This document shows positions 31,931-41,363 of a stretch of 64,000 bases of DNA, piece after piece. Under the pieces are notes generated by a model that had not been told where the DNA came from, searched no databases, and saw only the letters and a list, made by a program, of their open reading frames with translations. Both the position numbers and the translations under genes were made by a program. The DNA is taken from the NCBI GenBank assembly GCA_049517455.1, contig JBEKSB010000001.1, positions 1,528 to 65,527 of the forward strand, in the 5' to 3' direction. The stretch comes from Xanthobacteraceae bacterium (GTDB lineage: Bacteria > Pseudomonadota > Alphaproteobacteria > Rhizobiales > Xanthobacteraceae). Numbering within the stretch: the first letter of the stretch is position 1; each line of letters begins with the position of its first letter.

Positions 31931-33586
31931 TTAGTCGCGCTTGGTGGCGGCGGCGCCGGGGGGAATCGACGCCGTGGTTGCGGTCGTTTCGATCTTTTGA
32001 TCGACGTCGTCCATTCGCGCCAGGATATCCTTGATCGGATTGTCGGCCCACGCGTGGTTCACAAAGTCCCGGTGCGAGACGTCTCCAGCGGGCAGAAACG
32101 TCACCATGCCCGGCAGGCGGCCGCGCCGCAGTTCCGAACTGTACGGCACCGAGCGTTCGCTCAGCAGGCGCTCAAGCTCGGCATTGTGATGCGCAGTGTG
32201 CGGCGTGTACGAACTCACGAAGAAGGTTGATCTGTTGTCGGCGATCCAGTCTGCGAACTTGTCGATGCCGGCATAGAGTGCGTCGAGGAGGACGAGGCCG
32301 CGCACGCGCGATTTGACGCCGCCCCGATCGAGCACGGACAATGTCGGCCCAAAGCCTCCGCTATACGCGACGATCACGATCGGCATCTTGCCGAACGCCG
32401 CCGCGCTGCGCGGATCGCCATACAGGTGCGCAAGCTTCACGGCCGCTTCATCGAGGAAACGTTTGAAGCCGTTCGGCTCCCAGAACTTTCCGGCACTCGA
32501 ATCTCGGGCGTCAACGGCAAATTGCGGCGCCACCAACACCGCATTCGCTCCCGCCGCGGTGATCTGCGCCGGAACCTGCTGCCGGTCGCGTACGTCGCGC
32601 GCGAGATTGGCGCCGTGGCCGTGGAAAAATACCACCATGACTGCGGGGCGTTTGGGGTCGAAGCCGGCCGGAATATGCAACAGCACGCGGTCGTCGCTGA
32701 ACGTTTCCGGTTCCCAGTAAACGTGGCCGCGGAAATTGACGTGACCGCGGTGGCCTTGTTTGCCGGCATTCAGAAATGGCCGGTCCGATCCGGGCACCGT
32801 GCCGTGATAGGGGAACGGCGCCGTTTCGAAATCCACGAGACTCGTCGTGGCGCCGACGTTGGATGGCATGCGCGACGGACCGGGCTCGATCGCGGAGTGA
32901 AGCCCGGTGATGGGCGGCACAGAGTCTTCGAGCGAAGCCAGGCGGACCGGCGGCTTGATGTTTAGCTTCGCTTCTTTCAGAGCCTTCAGCGCCTGCTTTG
33001 CAGGTACGCGGCCGCGGTCGGCCACACGAAGCGACTCCAGGCGGGCCCATTCGCGGGCAACGATCTTGGCCGGGCTCTCGCCGCCCGTGAGGCCCGTGTC
33101 CCGCGGGGCTGGCGGTCGCAGATCGTTCGTACGCGCATACGTCGAGCTGCTGAACGGGTCTACTTTTCCGATTTCGGAATCGGCCTTGGCGACTGGTGTT
33201 AACGTGTAGGCCGCCGCCGCCGGAGTGACCAAAGCGGTCGAGTGGAATTCGCTGAAGACCAGCCAACACCAGCCCACCGAGCCGATGAAGAACAGAGCGG
33301 CAGAGATGTGGAGGAGATTCAGCTCCAGCTTTTTCTTTAGTTCGCCGATGCGTCGCGCCGGCTTCCTGCTGGCTTCGAGGCGAACCCGGCCGTTCTCGGG
33401 AGGGCGCGGCGGCAGAGGGCGAGGCGGAGCAGTGCCAGCGTGTTCAACCCGCCGCCGCACAATGGGGTCGGTGGTGAAATGGCGCGCGCGTACAACCGCG
33501 GCCGCACTGGTGGTCGGCCTGCGAAACGCCTTCGGCGCTGGTCCTCGGACCGTATGTTGCACTTTTCCCCCGCCCGACGCGTGCAA
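31931..33586 (-). CDS. Membrane-anchored alpha/beta-hydrolase-like protein of unknown function (start uncertain)
   Basis: Single TM segment LLHISAALFFIGSVGWCWLVF, a long linker, then a C-terminal domain with candidate Ser-Asp-His order (IVAYSGGFG, LLDALY, VSHRDF). The 33586 start is TTG, and no in-frame ATG precedes the TM segment. Confidence 0.6.
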   Translation of the reverse strand: MHASGGGKVQHTVRGPAPKAFRRPTTSAAAVVRARHFTTDPIVRRRVEHAGTAPPRPLPPRPPENGRVRLEASRKPARRIGELKKKLELNLLHISAALFFIGSVGWCWLVFSEFHSTALVTPAAAAYTLTPVAKADSEIGKVDPFSSSTYARTNDLRPPAPRDTGLTGGESPAKIVAREWARLESLRVADRGRVPAKQALKALKEAKLNIKPPVRLASLEDSVPPITGLHSAIEPGPSRMPSNVGATTSLVDFETAPFPYHGTVPGSDRPFLNAGKQGHRGHVNFRGHVYWEPETFSDDRVLLHIPAGFDPKRPAVMVVFFHGHGANLARDVRDRQQVPAQITAAGANAVLVAPQFAVDARDSSAGKFWEPNGFKRFLDEAAVKLAHLYGDPRSAAAFGKMPIVIVAYSGGFGPTLSVLDRGGVKSRVRGLVLLDALYAGIDKFADWIADNRSTFFVSSYTPHTAHHNAELERLLSERSVPYSSELRRGRLPGMVTFLPAGDVSHRDFVNHAWADNPIKDILARMDDVDQKIETTATTASIPPGAAATKRD

Positions 33587-33619
33587 TGTCCGTGACGACT
33601 ATGTCGTCATTTTGACGCG

Positions 33620-34939
33620 CTACCGGCTCGACTTTGGCAAAGGATCCGAACAAAACGGGAAAATCCCCCCGAATCGGCAGCCCAGAGACCCCGTGGACTC
33701 GCTCTCTACGTGCTTTCGGTGCTTTTTCGGAGATTGGGGGTCTGTTCCCAGATGGTATCGATCCGACGGTGAACGCGGCGTTAATTCCTCGTCGCTGGTC
33801 TTCGGCGCGCCCTTCTGGGCGAGCAGCAGGTTCGATTCATTCTTCCGCCAGCGATAGCCGATGCCAAAGTCGATCGGGGTGGCCCGGCGGAACAACTCGG
33901 CCATACCCGGCTGGTAGGAATGTCCGAAGATGGCCAGCGGTCCGACATAGCGGCCGAACGGCTGCAACCGCCATTTTTTCGGATCGAAATAGGCAAGCGG
34001 GATGCCGCTATCGTCCTGAAGGATCGTCGCGCTGTGATCGAGCAGGAATGTGCGAATCTTGTTGAAGCCGCCGCTGTGGAGAAGATACGAAGCGCTTTTG
34101 ATGAAGCTGTCCGCGACGCCCAGCTTTTCGCAGAACGCCAGGAACCCGCTCCGCTCGACCGAACCGTCGGCAAGATTGGTGCTGAAGTAATAAAGGGTCT
34201 GCTTCGGCCCGTTGCCGTCCGAAAAGACGATCTTTACGCCCGGGGCGGCGCTGCGGGAGATGCTCCGCATGGGTTTCTTGGTGTTGGCATTCGTGGCGGC
34301 CGGTTCGTCCGCGGTCAGGAAATTTCCTTCGGCGTCGAGGCCCCCGAAGCTCACGTCGTGGATGGTCTTGCCGGTCCGCGCCAAAAACACATCGAGGACC
34401 GGCAGCGTGCCGTAGACCGGCCCCTCGTGCAGTTGGGTCTTCATGTTCCTAGTGATGAAGAAACTGTAGCTGAGCAGCGAACCGAGCGAGGTCTCGAGAT
34501 TTCGCAGCGTGCCGTTGACGGCTGGGTGCGACAGGCTGGTCAATTGCGGAATGTCACCGACCGGTTCGAGGCCGGCCAAAACGTATGTCGAAGCGGTGGG
34601 AAAAAACGACGTCGCATAGAGGAAATCCGGACCGCTGAACATATACAGCATCGCGTCGTGTTTGTCCGTCAGCTGCTCCTTCGAGAATATGCGAACTTTC
34701 GAAAGCTTGGTGCTGTCCTCACGCGCGAAAATGGAATCGAAGTAGCGCGCGTGTTGCTGCCAGACAGGGTCCTTGGTAAGCGCCGCGAGAGGAGAGCCGG
34801 ACGCCGGCGGCAGCCCGGCCAGGAATCGCGCGGTGTCGTCGGCTGTCGTTGTTTCGGCGCTGCGCGCAGGCGCCGTAATCACGGCCAGCATAACTGCCAT
34901 GAAGGCAGTCGCCATCAGTCTAGGCATGCTTACGGACAT
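33620..34939 (-). CDS. Secreted protein of unknown function
   Basis: 439 aa from the ATG at 34939, which is 5 nt after the permease stop. Signal peptide ...ITAPARSA-ETT. I recognise no family. Confidence 0.65.
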   Translation of the reverse strand: MSVSMPRLMATAFMAVMLAVITAPARSAETTTADDTARFLAGLPPASGSPLAALTKDPVWQQHARYFDSIFAREDSTKLSKVRIFSKEQLTDKHDAMLYMFSGPDFLYATSFFPTASTYVLAGLEPVGDIPQLTSLSHPAVNGTLRNLETSLGSLLSYSFFITRNMKTQLHEGPVYGTLPVLDVFLARTGKTIHDVSFGGLDAEGNFLTADEPAATNANTKKPMRSISRSAAPGVKIVFSDGNGPKQTLYYFSTNLADGSVERSGFLAFCEKLGVADSFIKSASYLLHSGGFNKIRTFLLDHSATILQDDSGIPLAYFDPKKWRLQPFGRYVGPLAIFGHSYQPGMAELFRRATPIDFGIGYRWRKNESNLLLAQKGAPKTSDEELTPRSPSDRYHLGTDPQSPKKHRKHVESESTGSLGCRFGGIFPFCSDPLPKSSR

Positions 34940-34944
34940 CACTT

Positions 34945-36351
34945 TCAGGCCACTGTTTGCGAAACATCCGGGGAAGGGACGCTTGGTAGCGGGCGGGACA
35001 AATAATAGATGACAAGGCCGACCGACATCATGGCGACGCCGGCGAGCGACTGCAGCGGCCGATTGACGACCAAATAATACATCATAAACAGCGTCACGCT
35101 GAGAAAAATCAGCGGCGTCACCGGATAGCCCCAAGCGCGGTAGGGCCGGGCCAAATTCGGGTGGGTGATCCGCATCTTGATAAGTCCCAGCACAGTGAAA
35201 AACGAGCAGAAGGTGAGACTGAATTGGATGAAATCCAGGACCGCTTCGAAGCTCTGGGTCAGCAGCAAAAGGTTCGAGACCAGGAGCTGAAAGATAATGG
35301 CGACGGCCGGCACGCCCCGCTTCGATCTGCGTGAGAACACACGCAATAGCGGTATGTCCTCGCCCATCGTCATGGTCACGTGCGGGCCGATCCAGGTCAT
35401 GGCGCTGATTGACGATATCAGCCCGAGGCAGATCAGCGCGCCGACAATGCGCCCGCCGAGATTGCCGAACACGTGCTTGCCGGCAACGATGGCGACGTCG
35501 AGCTGTCCGGCCAATTCGTGCATCGGCGTGGTGGTCAAAAAAACGGCGTTGAGGAGGACATAGAGCACGATCACGATCGCGGTTCCCGCGAACAGCGCGC
35601 GCGGCAAGTTGCGCGCGGGATCGCGCAATTCGCCGCCGATATAGGTCGCCGCGTTCCAGCCGGAATACGAATACATCACGAACACAAGGCTGATGGCGAA
35701 CGGCGCGCCGCCGATACGGGTGAGGTCGACGGCGCTTGGCGCAAATGAAATCGGTTGCGAGTCGCCGAAGGCAAAGCCGGCGATGATGAACACAACGATG
35801 AGGACGAGCTTGAGCGCCGTCCAGGCGTTATGGTAGGCGCTGCCAAGCCGCACGCCGCCCAGATGCACCAGCGCGGCAAGCCAGATTATAGCAAGCCCGA
35901 ATAGCAGCGGCCAGTCTATGGGAAATCCGAACACCTCTACCGGCAAACTCGGCAGCAAATTCGGAGCGCTTGATGTCAGATATTTGCTAAACGCCATGGC
36001 GGCGAGCGCGATGGGCGCGGCGAAGCCGACGGTCGCCGACAGCCAGCCGGCCACAAAGCCGAACGCTGGATGATAGATGCGGCGCAGAAAGTTGTACTCC
36101 CCGCTCGATCGCGGCAGCATGGCGGCGAGTTCCGCGTAGCAGAACGCTCCGCACATCGCCACGATTCCGCCGACGACCCACAACAGCAGCAGCGAAAAGC
36201 CTGAGGGTATGTCGGTGACCTGAAATCCGAGGCTCGTGAATACGCCGACCCCGACCATGTCGGCGACGACGATCGCCGTCGCCGTCACCCAGGAAACCGT
36301 CCCGGATGACGCCGTACCGGCGGACAGACCGCCCGAAGCGGATTTCGTCAT
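34945..36351 (-). CDS. APC-superfamily amino acid permease
   Basis: 468 aa with about 12 TM segments. N-terminal block IVVADMVGVGVFTSLG. Confidence 0.85.
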   Translation of the reverse strand: MTKSASGGLSAGTASSGTVSWVTATAIVVADMVGVGVFTSLGFQVTDIPSGFSLLLLWVVGGIVAMCGAFCYAELAAMLPRSSGEYNFLRRIYHPAFGFVAGWLSATVGFAAPIALAAMAFSKYLTSSAPNLLPSLPVEVFGFPIDWPLLFGLAIIWLAALVHLGGVRLGSAYHNAWTALKLVLIVVFIIAGFAFGDSQPISFAPSAVDLTRIGGAPFAISLVFVMYSYSGWNAATYIGGELRDPARNLPRALFAGTAIVIVLYVLLNAVFLTTTPMHELAGQLDVAIVAGKHVFGNLGGRIVGALICLGLISSISAMTWIGPHVTMTMGEDIPLLRVFSRRSKRGVPAVAIIFQLLVSNLLLLTQSFEAVLDFIQFSLTFCSFFTVLGLIKMRITHPNLARPYRAWGYPVTPLIFLSVTLFMMYYLVVNRPLQSLAGVAMMSVGLVIYYLSRPLPSVPSPDVSQTVA

Positions 36352-36551
36352 AAAGGAACTTCCCTCGCCCGTGCGGCTGCATTACAGGGTGCAACCCGTT
36401 AAAATTCAAGAAGTGTTTTGCTTATTCCTTGCGCCCAAACAATCTTGATCAGCCGCGCTTTGCTAGGGTGCCGATATTGTCTTTTTGTACCGGAATGAGG
36501 CGCGATCGTGGGGTCGGCGTACAGCAGATTGATTGCGGCGCCGCAGACCGG

Positions 36552-37694
36552 TTACGTCGTCTCAGTGCGCACACGGCGGAATGCGCTCCGCTTAAGGCCT
36601 TGATCTCGGCTGGCTTGAGATTCGGGCTTGCGGGGCGACATCGCCTGGATCCGTTGCTGAACGAAAGTCAGCTTCGCGACTGCCAAAGGGCCGAGCACGA
36701 ACGGATAGAGATCGTGCACGCCCATGCTGCGGTTTATCGAGTTGACCGCGAATGTGAGTGCCAGCCAGGCCTCGACGATGTGATGCATGTCAGTCTCGCG
36801 CGGGTGGAAATCGAAGACCGCGCCCGGATTCTGCGGCAGCTTGGGACTGACCTCCAAGCCGGCAAAATGCGCGGTTTCGAGCGTGTCGATCATATGAAAG
36901 TAGTGCGCCCACGTTTCCGCGAAGTCTTCCCAGGGGTGGGAGCTTGCATAGGTGGAGATGAAATGCTCCGACCAATCAGCCGGTGCGCCATTCGCGTAGT
37001 AATTCCGGAGCGCCGCGGCATAGTCTTGCCGTTCGTCACCGAAGATGCGGCGGAACTCGTCGAGACGCTGCGCATCCGCGACGAGCCGGTCCCAGTAATA
37101 ATGTCCGATCTCGTGGCGGAAATGACCGAGCAATGTGCGGTATGGCTCGCCCATCTGATGCCGGCGCCGTTCGCGCTCTGCGTCGTCGGCTTCCGCAAGA
37201 TTGATTGTGATCAAGCCGTCGGCATGGCCGGTCAACACCGAAGAACCTGAGGGCGCAATGTCGGCCAGAAATTGAAATGCCAGGCCAGCCGGGCTTTCCG
37301 CCTGCGTCTCGACCGGCAGTCTGAGCTGAAACAGCGTATAGAACAGGCGGTGCTTCGCCACCTCAAGCGCACGCCACTTGTCGAGATTCTCGGGCAAGGA
37401 CAGATCGGGAATCATCTGATTGTGGCGGCACGCCGCACAATAGGCGTCGGGCACTGCCGCCGGAACAAGCCAATTGCACACGTCGTATGCGGCGTTGGCG
37501 CAATAGCGATAGAGCTTGGAGTCGGCAAGCGCCCGCCAAACCGGCTGCCCTGGGTTGCTTGCGGCCCCGTCGGGCTTGAGCGCGGTGATCGTTTCCCGAT
37601 TCGGCAGATAGCCGAGCGACAACCCGCAACGTTCGCAGCGCGTGTTCTCGAAATAGAGCGGCTGGCCGCAGTTCTGGCACTGAAATAGCTTCAT
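36552..37694 (-). CDS. Zinc-ribbon + putative zinc metallopeptidase (Peptidase_Mx-like) protein
   Basis: 380 aa from the internal ATG. N-terminal CxxC...CxxC (FQCQNCGQPLYFENTRCERCG), HExxH motif HEIGHYYW, downstream WEDFAETWAHY. Confidence 0.75.
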   Translation of the reverse strand: MKLFQCQNCGQPLYFENTRCERCGLSLGYLPNRETITALKPDGAASNPGQPVWRALADSKLYRYCANAAYDVCNWLVPAAVPDAYCAACRHNQMIPDLSLPENLDKWRALEVAKHRLFYTLFQLRLPVETQAESPAGLAFQFLADIAPSGSSVLTGHADGLITINLAEADDAERERRRHQMGEPYRTLLGHFRHEIGHYYWDRLVADAQRLDEFRRIFGDERQDYAAALRNYYANGAPADWSEHFISTYASSHPWEDFAETWAHYFHMIDTLETAHFAGLEVSPKLPQNPGAVFDFHPRETDMHHIVEAWLALTFAVNSINRSMGVHDLYPFVLGPLAVAKLTFVQQRIQAMSPRKPESQASRDQGLKRSAFRRVRTETT

Positions 37695-37915
37695 TGCATT
37701 CTCGCTCGACCCCTGGCGCGGTGGACGGCGGCGAGGTCGCGAATCGCCTAACAAGTTTAGCGCGCCAAGGTTTCATTTGGCTCGCCGAGCTCCAGCGTTT
37801 TCGATCCATTCTTGGGGCGATCGTAGGTAGAAATCCTCACGGGCAGCGGCATTATGGCGGGCTTGGATTCGCAGCTTTAGAACGATCGGGCGACCCGTAC
37901 GGAATTGGAGGATTC

Positions 37916-39721
37916 ATGGCATCTACCACCAATATGGCGGGCTATAGCGACGCCCTGGTCGTCCTTGGTACCGCGGGTGTGGTGGTGCCGATGGTGCGGC
38001 GGTGGGGGCTGAACCCCGTTCTCGGCTATCTCGGCGCCGGCGCTGTTCTTGGCCCCCTTGGTCTCGGTTCGATCAGCAGCGCGGTGCCGGTTCTCTCCTG
38101 GGTCACCGTCACTGACGCGCAGAACGTTGCAGGCATCGCTGAACTGGGAATCGTCTTTCTCCTGTTCCTGATCGGTCTCGAATTGTCGTTTCCCAGGTTA
38201 TGGACCATGCGCCGCATGGTCATTGGGCTGGGCGGTTCGCAGGTTCTGCTTACCAGCGTCTTGATCGCGGGCGCCGCGGTGCTGGCGGGAAAGAGTCCTT
38301 CCGAGGCGATCGTGCTGGGGGCCAGCCTCTCGCTGTCCTCGACAGCGATCGTGCTCGAACTCCTCTCGAGTCAGGAGAGACTGACCACGAGTGTCGGCCG
38401 CGCCAGTTTCTCTGTCCTGCTAGCTCAGGATCTGGCCGTCATTCCGATTTTATTGTTCATTTCCATCCTTGCCGCACAGTCCGGCGGGTCAGTTCTTGCC
38501 AGCCTCGCCAATGCCTTGCTGCAGGCCGCGGCCGCCATCGTCGTCATCGTTGCTTTCGGCCGGGTGCTATTGCGTCCGCTGTTCCGGCTGGTCGCCACCG
38601 CGGGATCCAGCGAGATTTTCATCGCTGCTGTGCTGTTCGTAATCGTAGCGGCCGGGGTGATCTCCGCTCAGGCAGGCATGTCCATGGCGCTCGGCGCCTT
38701 CCTTGCCGGCTTGCTGCTCGCGGAGACGGAATACCGCAAGGCAATCGAAGCGACGGTCGCGCCCTTCAAGGGCCTTTTGCTCGGCATTTTCTTCTTCACC
38801 GTGGGGATGAATATCGACGTCCGCGAACTGGTTCGCGAACCGCTTTGGCTTTTCGGCGGTGTCGTCAGTTTGATAGCGCTGAAGTCGCTGCTGCTGATCG
38901 GGCTAGGCAAACTTTTTCGTCTGTCATGGCCGGTCGCAACCGAGACCGGTTTGTTGCTCGGTCCCGGAGGTGAATTTGCGTTCGTCGGCATCGGCACGGC
39001 GGCGGCCGCAGGCTTGGTGGAAGCGCGGCTGGCGAGCTTCACGCTCGCTGTCACCTCGGTCACCATGGCGCTGACGCCACTCTTGTCTCTCGGTGCGCGG
39101 CACCTCGCGACGCGGCTAAAGTCCGGCCAAGCCGTTGACCCCGAACTGGCCGCGCGGCCAACGGCTGGGGAACGCCATGCGATCGTCGTCGGCTACGGCC
39201 GCGTCGGCAAGGTCGTGTGCGCGTTGTTGCGCGAACACGGCATTCCTTATATTGCCGCCGACTCCGACGCGCAGACCGTCACCCGTGACCGCCGCGACAG
39301 TCATGACGTATATTACGGCGACGCTGCCGATCCGCGCTTTCTCGAGACGTGCGGCCTCGCCAAGGCGGCCGGCGTCATCATTACGATCCACTCGGTGCGT
39401 CAGATCGACGATGTGGTGGCGCATGTGCGCGAGATGCGGCCCGACGTTCTTATCGTCTCACGCGCGCGCGACGCCGATCATGCTCGTCACCTCTACGCCC
39501 TTGGCGCAACCGACGCGGTGCCGGACACGATCGAAGCGAGCCTGCAGCTGTCCGAGGCGGCTCTGGTGGGATTAGGCGTGGCGACCGGTCTGGCGATCGC
39601 GTCGATCCACGAAAAGCGCGACGAGATTCGGCATTCCTTGCAGCAGGCGGCTCAGGATGCCGGCCTTCAGAAAATTCATTCGGTCAAAGCCAAAGCCCAC
39701 AAGACGCACGGCGCTGCGTGA
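37916..39721 (+). CDS. CPA2 cation:proton antiporter with C-terminal TrkA-N/RCK domain (KefB/KefC-like)
   Basis: 601 aa from the ATG preceded by GGAGG. About 12 TM segments, then the Rossmann motif VVGYGRVGKVV. Confidence 0.85.
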   Translation: MASTTNMAGYSDALVVLGTAGVVVPMVRRWGLNPVLGYLGAGAVLGPLGLGSISSAVPVLSWVTVTDAQNVAGIAELGIVFLLFLIGLELSFPRLWTMRRMVIGLGGSQVLLTSVLIAGAAVLAGKSPSEAIVLGASLSLSSTAIVLELLSSQERLTTSVGRASFSVLLAQDLAVIPILLFISILAAQSGGSVLASLANALLQAAAAIVVIVAFGRVLLRPLFRLVATAGSSEIFIAAVLFVIVAAGVISAQAGMSMALGAFLAGLLLAETEYRKAIEATVAPFKGLLLGIFFFTVGMNIDVRELVREPLWLFGGVVSLIALKSLLLIGLGKLFRLSWPVATETGLLLGPGGEFAFVGIGTAAAAGLVEARLASFTLAVTSVTMALTPLLSLGARHLATRLKSGQAVDPELAARPTAGERHAIVVGYGRVGKVVCALLREHGIPYIAADSDAQTVTRDRRDSHDVYYGDAADPRFLETCGLAKAAGVIITIHSVRQIDDVVAHVREMRPDVLIVSRARDADHARHLYALGATDAVPDTIEASLQLSEAALVGLGVATGLAIASIHEKRDEIRHSLQQAAQDAGLQKIHSVKAKAHKTHGAA

Positions 39722-39729
39722 GCGCGCGT

Positions 39730-39748
39730 GGCGGGTGAGCATCCCGCC
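39730..39748. terminator. Hairpin in the 31-nt gap between convergent kefB-like and otsA genes
   Basis: GGCGGG-tgagcat-CCCGCC. No U-tract. Confidence 0.3.
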
Positions 39749-39752
39749 CGCG

Positions 39753-41207
39753 TCAGTGCCGTTGGGCGGTGCGGCTGGCAAGGTCCAGCACGACCGGCCA
39801 CGTTGCCGGCCGCGGAAGCCGGATCGGTGTGTGGTGCGTATCTGCGAGCGCGCGGAGGAAGTCGGCGAACCAGTCCTGCACCGAAGACCCTCTGAGCGTG
39901 GCCATCATGGAGTGCCAGCGCTCACGGCGCTCGTCCAGACTCATGGCAAGGGCGGTCGCGATTTGGCGCGCCATGCCGTCGATGTCGTGCGGGTTGACCA
40001 TCAGGGCGGCGTCAAGCTGCTTTGCCGCTCCGGCGAATGAGGACAATACCAGCACGCCGGGATCGAACGGATTCTGTGCCGCGACATATTCTTTGGCGAC
40101 CAGGTTCATGCCGTCGTGTAACGGCGTGACCAGGCCGACATGCGCCGCCCGGTAGAAGCCGGCAAGCGTGAGCTGTGAATAACTCTTATTGAGGTAACGG
40201 ATGGGCATCCAGTCGACTTCGCCGTGGCGGCCGTTCACCTCGCCGACCAAAGAGGCCAGTTCGGCCTTGAGGTCGCGATAGGCGCGGATGTTGCCGCGCG
40301 TGGGCACCGCCACCTGCAACATTGACACGGCGCGTTTGAGATGCGGCTGCAACTCGAACACGCGGTCGAACGCCCGCATTCTGTTGGCGAGGCCTTTCGA
40401 ATAATCCAGGCGATCGACGCCGAGCACGAGCTTTGCGCCCTGCAGGCTTGCGCGCAGACGCGAGAATTCAGGGCGCGTAGACGCTCTGGTCGCCCGGTCG
40501 GTGAACTCGTCAACATCAATGCCGATCGGGAAAGTGGCGAGACGCGTCATTCCCCACGACGATGCGACCGTTCCGTCGAATACCGTCAACCCGAGTTCGT
40601 ACTGTAAATAGTCCTCGAAGTTCTGACGATCCTCGTCGGTCTGGAACCCGACGAGATCGTAGGAGAGCATCGCCTGAACGAGATTGAGGTGGTGCGGGAT
40701 CGTAGCCATCGTGCGGCGGTCGGCCCACGGTGTGTGCAAGAAAAAGCCGATCGGACGGCCGACCTGCAACCGGCGCATCTCCGCGCCCAGCGTAAGGAAG
40801 TGGTAGTCCTGAATCCAGAAGACCGCATCCGGTCCCGTGAAGCGCAGCAGCGCCCGCGCCATGAACGCGTTGACTTCGCGATACGACGCATATTCGTCGG
40901 CCGTTACATGGATGAGATCGGGGCGCGAGTGTAGCGCGGGCCATAAGGCCGAATTGGAGAATCCCTCGTAGTAGCCGCGGTAGTGCTTTGCCGGCATCTC
41001 GACGGTTGCGAGAGCGCCGGTACCCAGCGCCTCGATCTTAGCGAACGGATCTTTGCAGTGTGCTGGGTCCGACGTCTGGCCGCTGGAACCGACCCAAATC
41101 GCGCCCGAGTCCTTGACCATCGGAATCAACGCCGCCGCTAGTCCTCCGGCGACCGGCTCATCTGATTTTGCCCGCGCGACGCGGTTGGAAACGACGATCA
41201 CAGTCAC
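39753..41207 (-). CDS. otsA: Alpha,alpha-trehalose-phosphate synthase (GT20)
   Basis: 484 aa. IVVSNRV start, WIQDYHF, LVTPLHDGMNLVAKEY. Confidence 0.9.
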   Translation of the reverse strand: MTVIVVSNRVARAKSDEPVAGGLAAALIPMVKDSGAIWVGSSGQTSDPAHCKDPFAKIEALGTGALATVEMPAKHYRGYYEGFSNSALWPALHSRPDLIHVTADEYASYREVNAFMARALLRFTGPDAVFWIQDYHFLTLGAEMRRLQVGRPIGFFLHTPWADRRTMATIPHHLNLVQAMLSYDLVGFQTDEDRQNFEDYLQYELGLTVFDGTVASSWGMTRLATFPIGIDVDEFTDRATRASTRPEFSRLRASLQGAKLVLGVDRLDYSKGLANRMRAFDRVFELQPHLKRAVSMLQVAVPTRGNIRAYRDLKAELASLVGEVNGRHGEVDWMPIRYLNKSYSQLTLAGFYRAAHVGLVTPLHDGMNLVAKEYVAAQNPFDPGVLVLSSFAGAAKQLDAALMVNPHDIDGMARQIATALAMSLDERRERWHSMMATLRGSSVQDWFADFLRALADTHHTPIRLPRPATWPVVLDLASRTAQRH

Positions 41208-41363
41208 GGGAAACTCCTCCGGTTCCGTGCTGCAACAACCGTTTTGAACACGATAAGTTCCATTCTTTTCGGTTCATTCATGAAGCGTTGCAAGGTAATT
41301 GGCGCTAGAAATTCACATTGCAATGTCGTGAATTTTTCTTGAGATTAAAAAGTCGTGCGCGGC

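Noticed and set aside
37694-37915. The 74-codon N-terminal extension of the KefB-like ORF, which would start inside or against the divergent metallopeptidase start.
   Set aside because: The extension has no membrane or family features. An ATG at 37916 with a GGAGG RBS gives the typical antiporter N-terminus.
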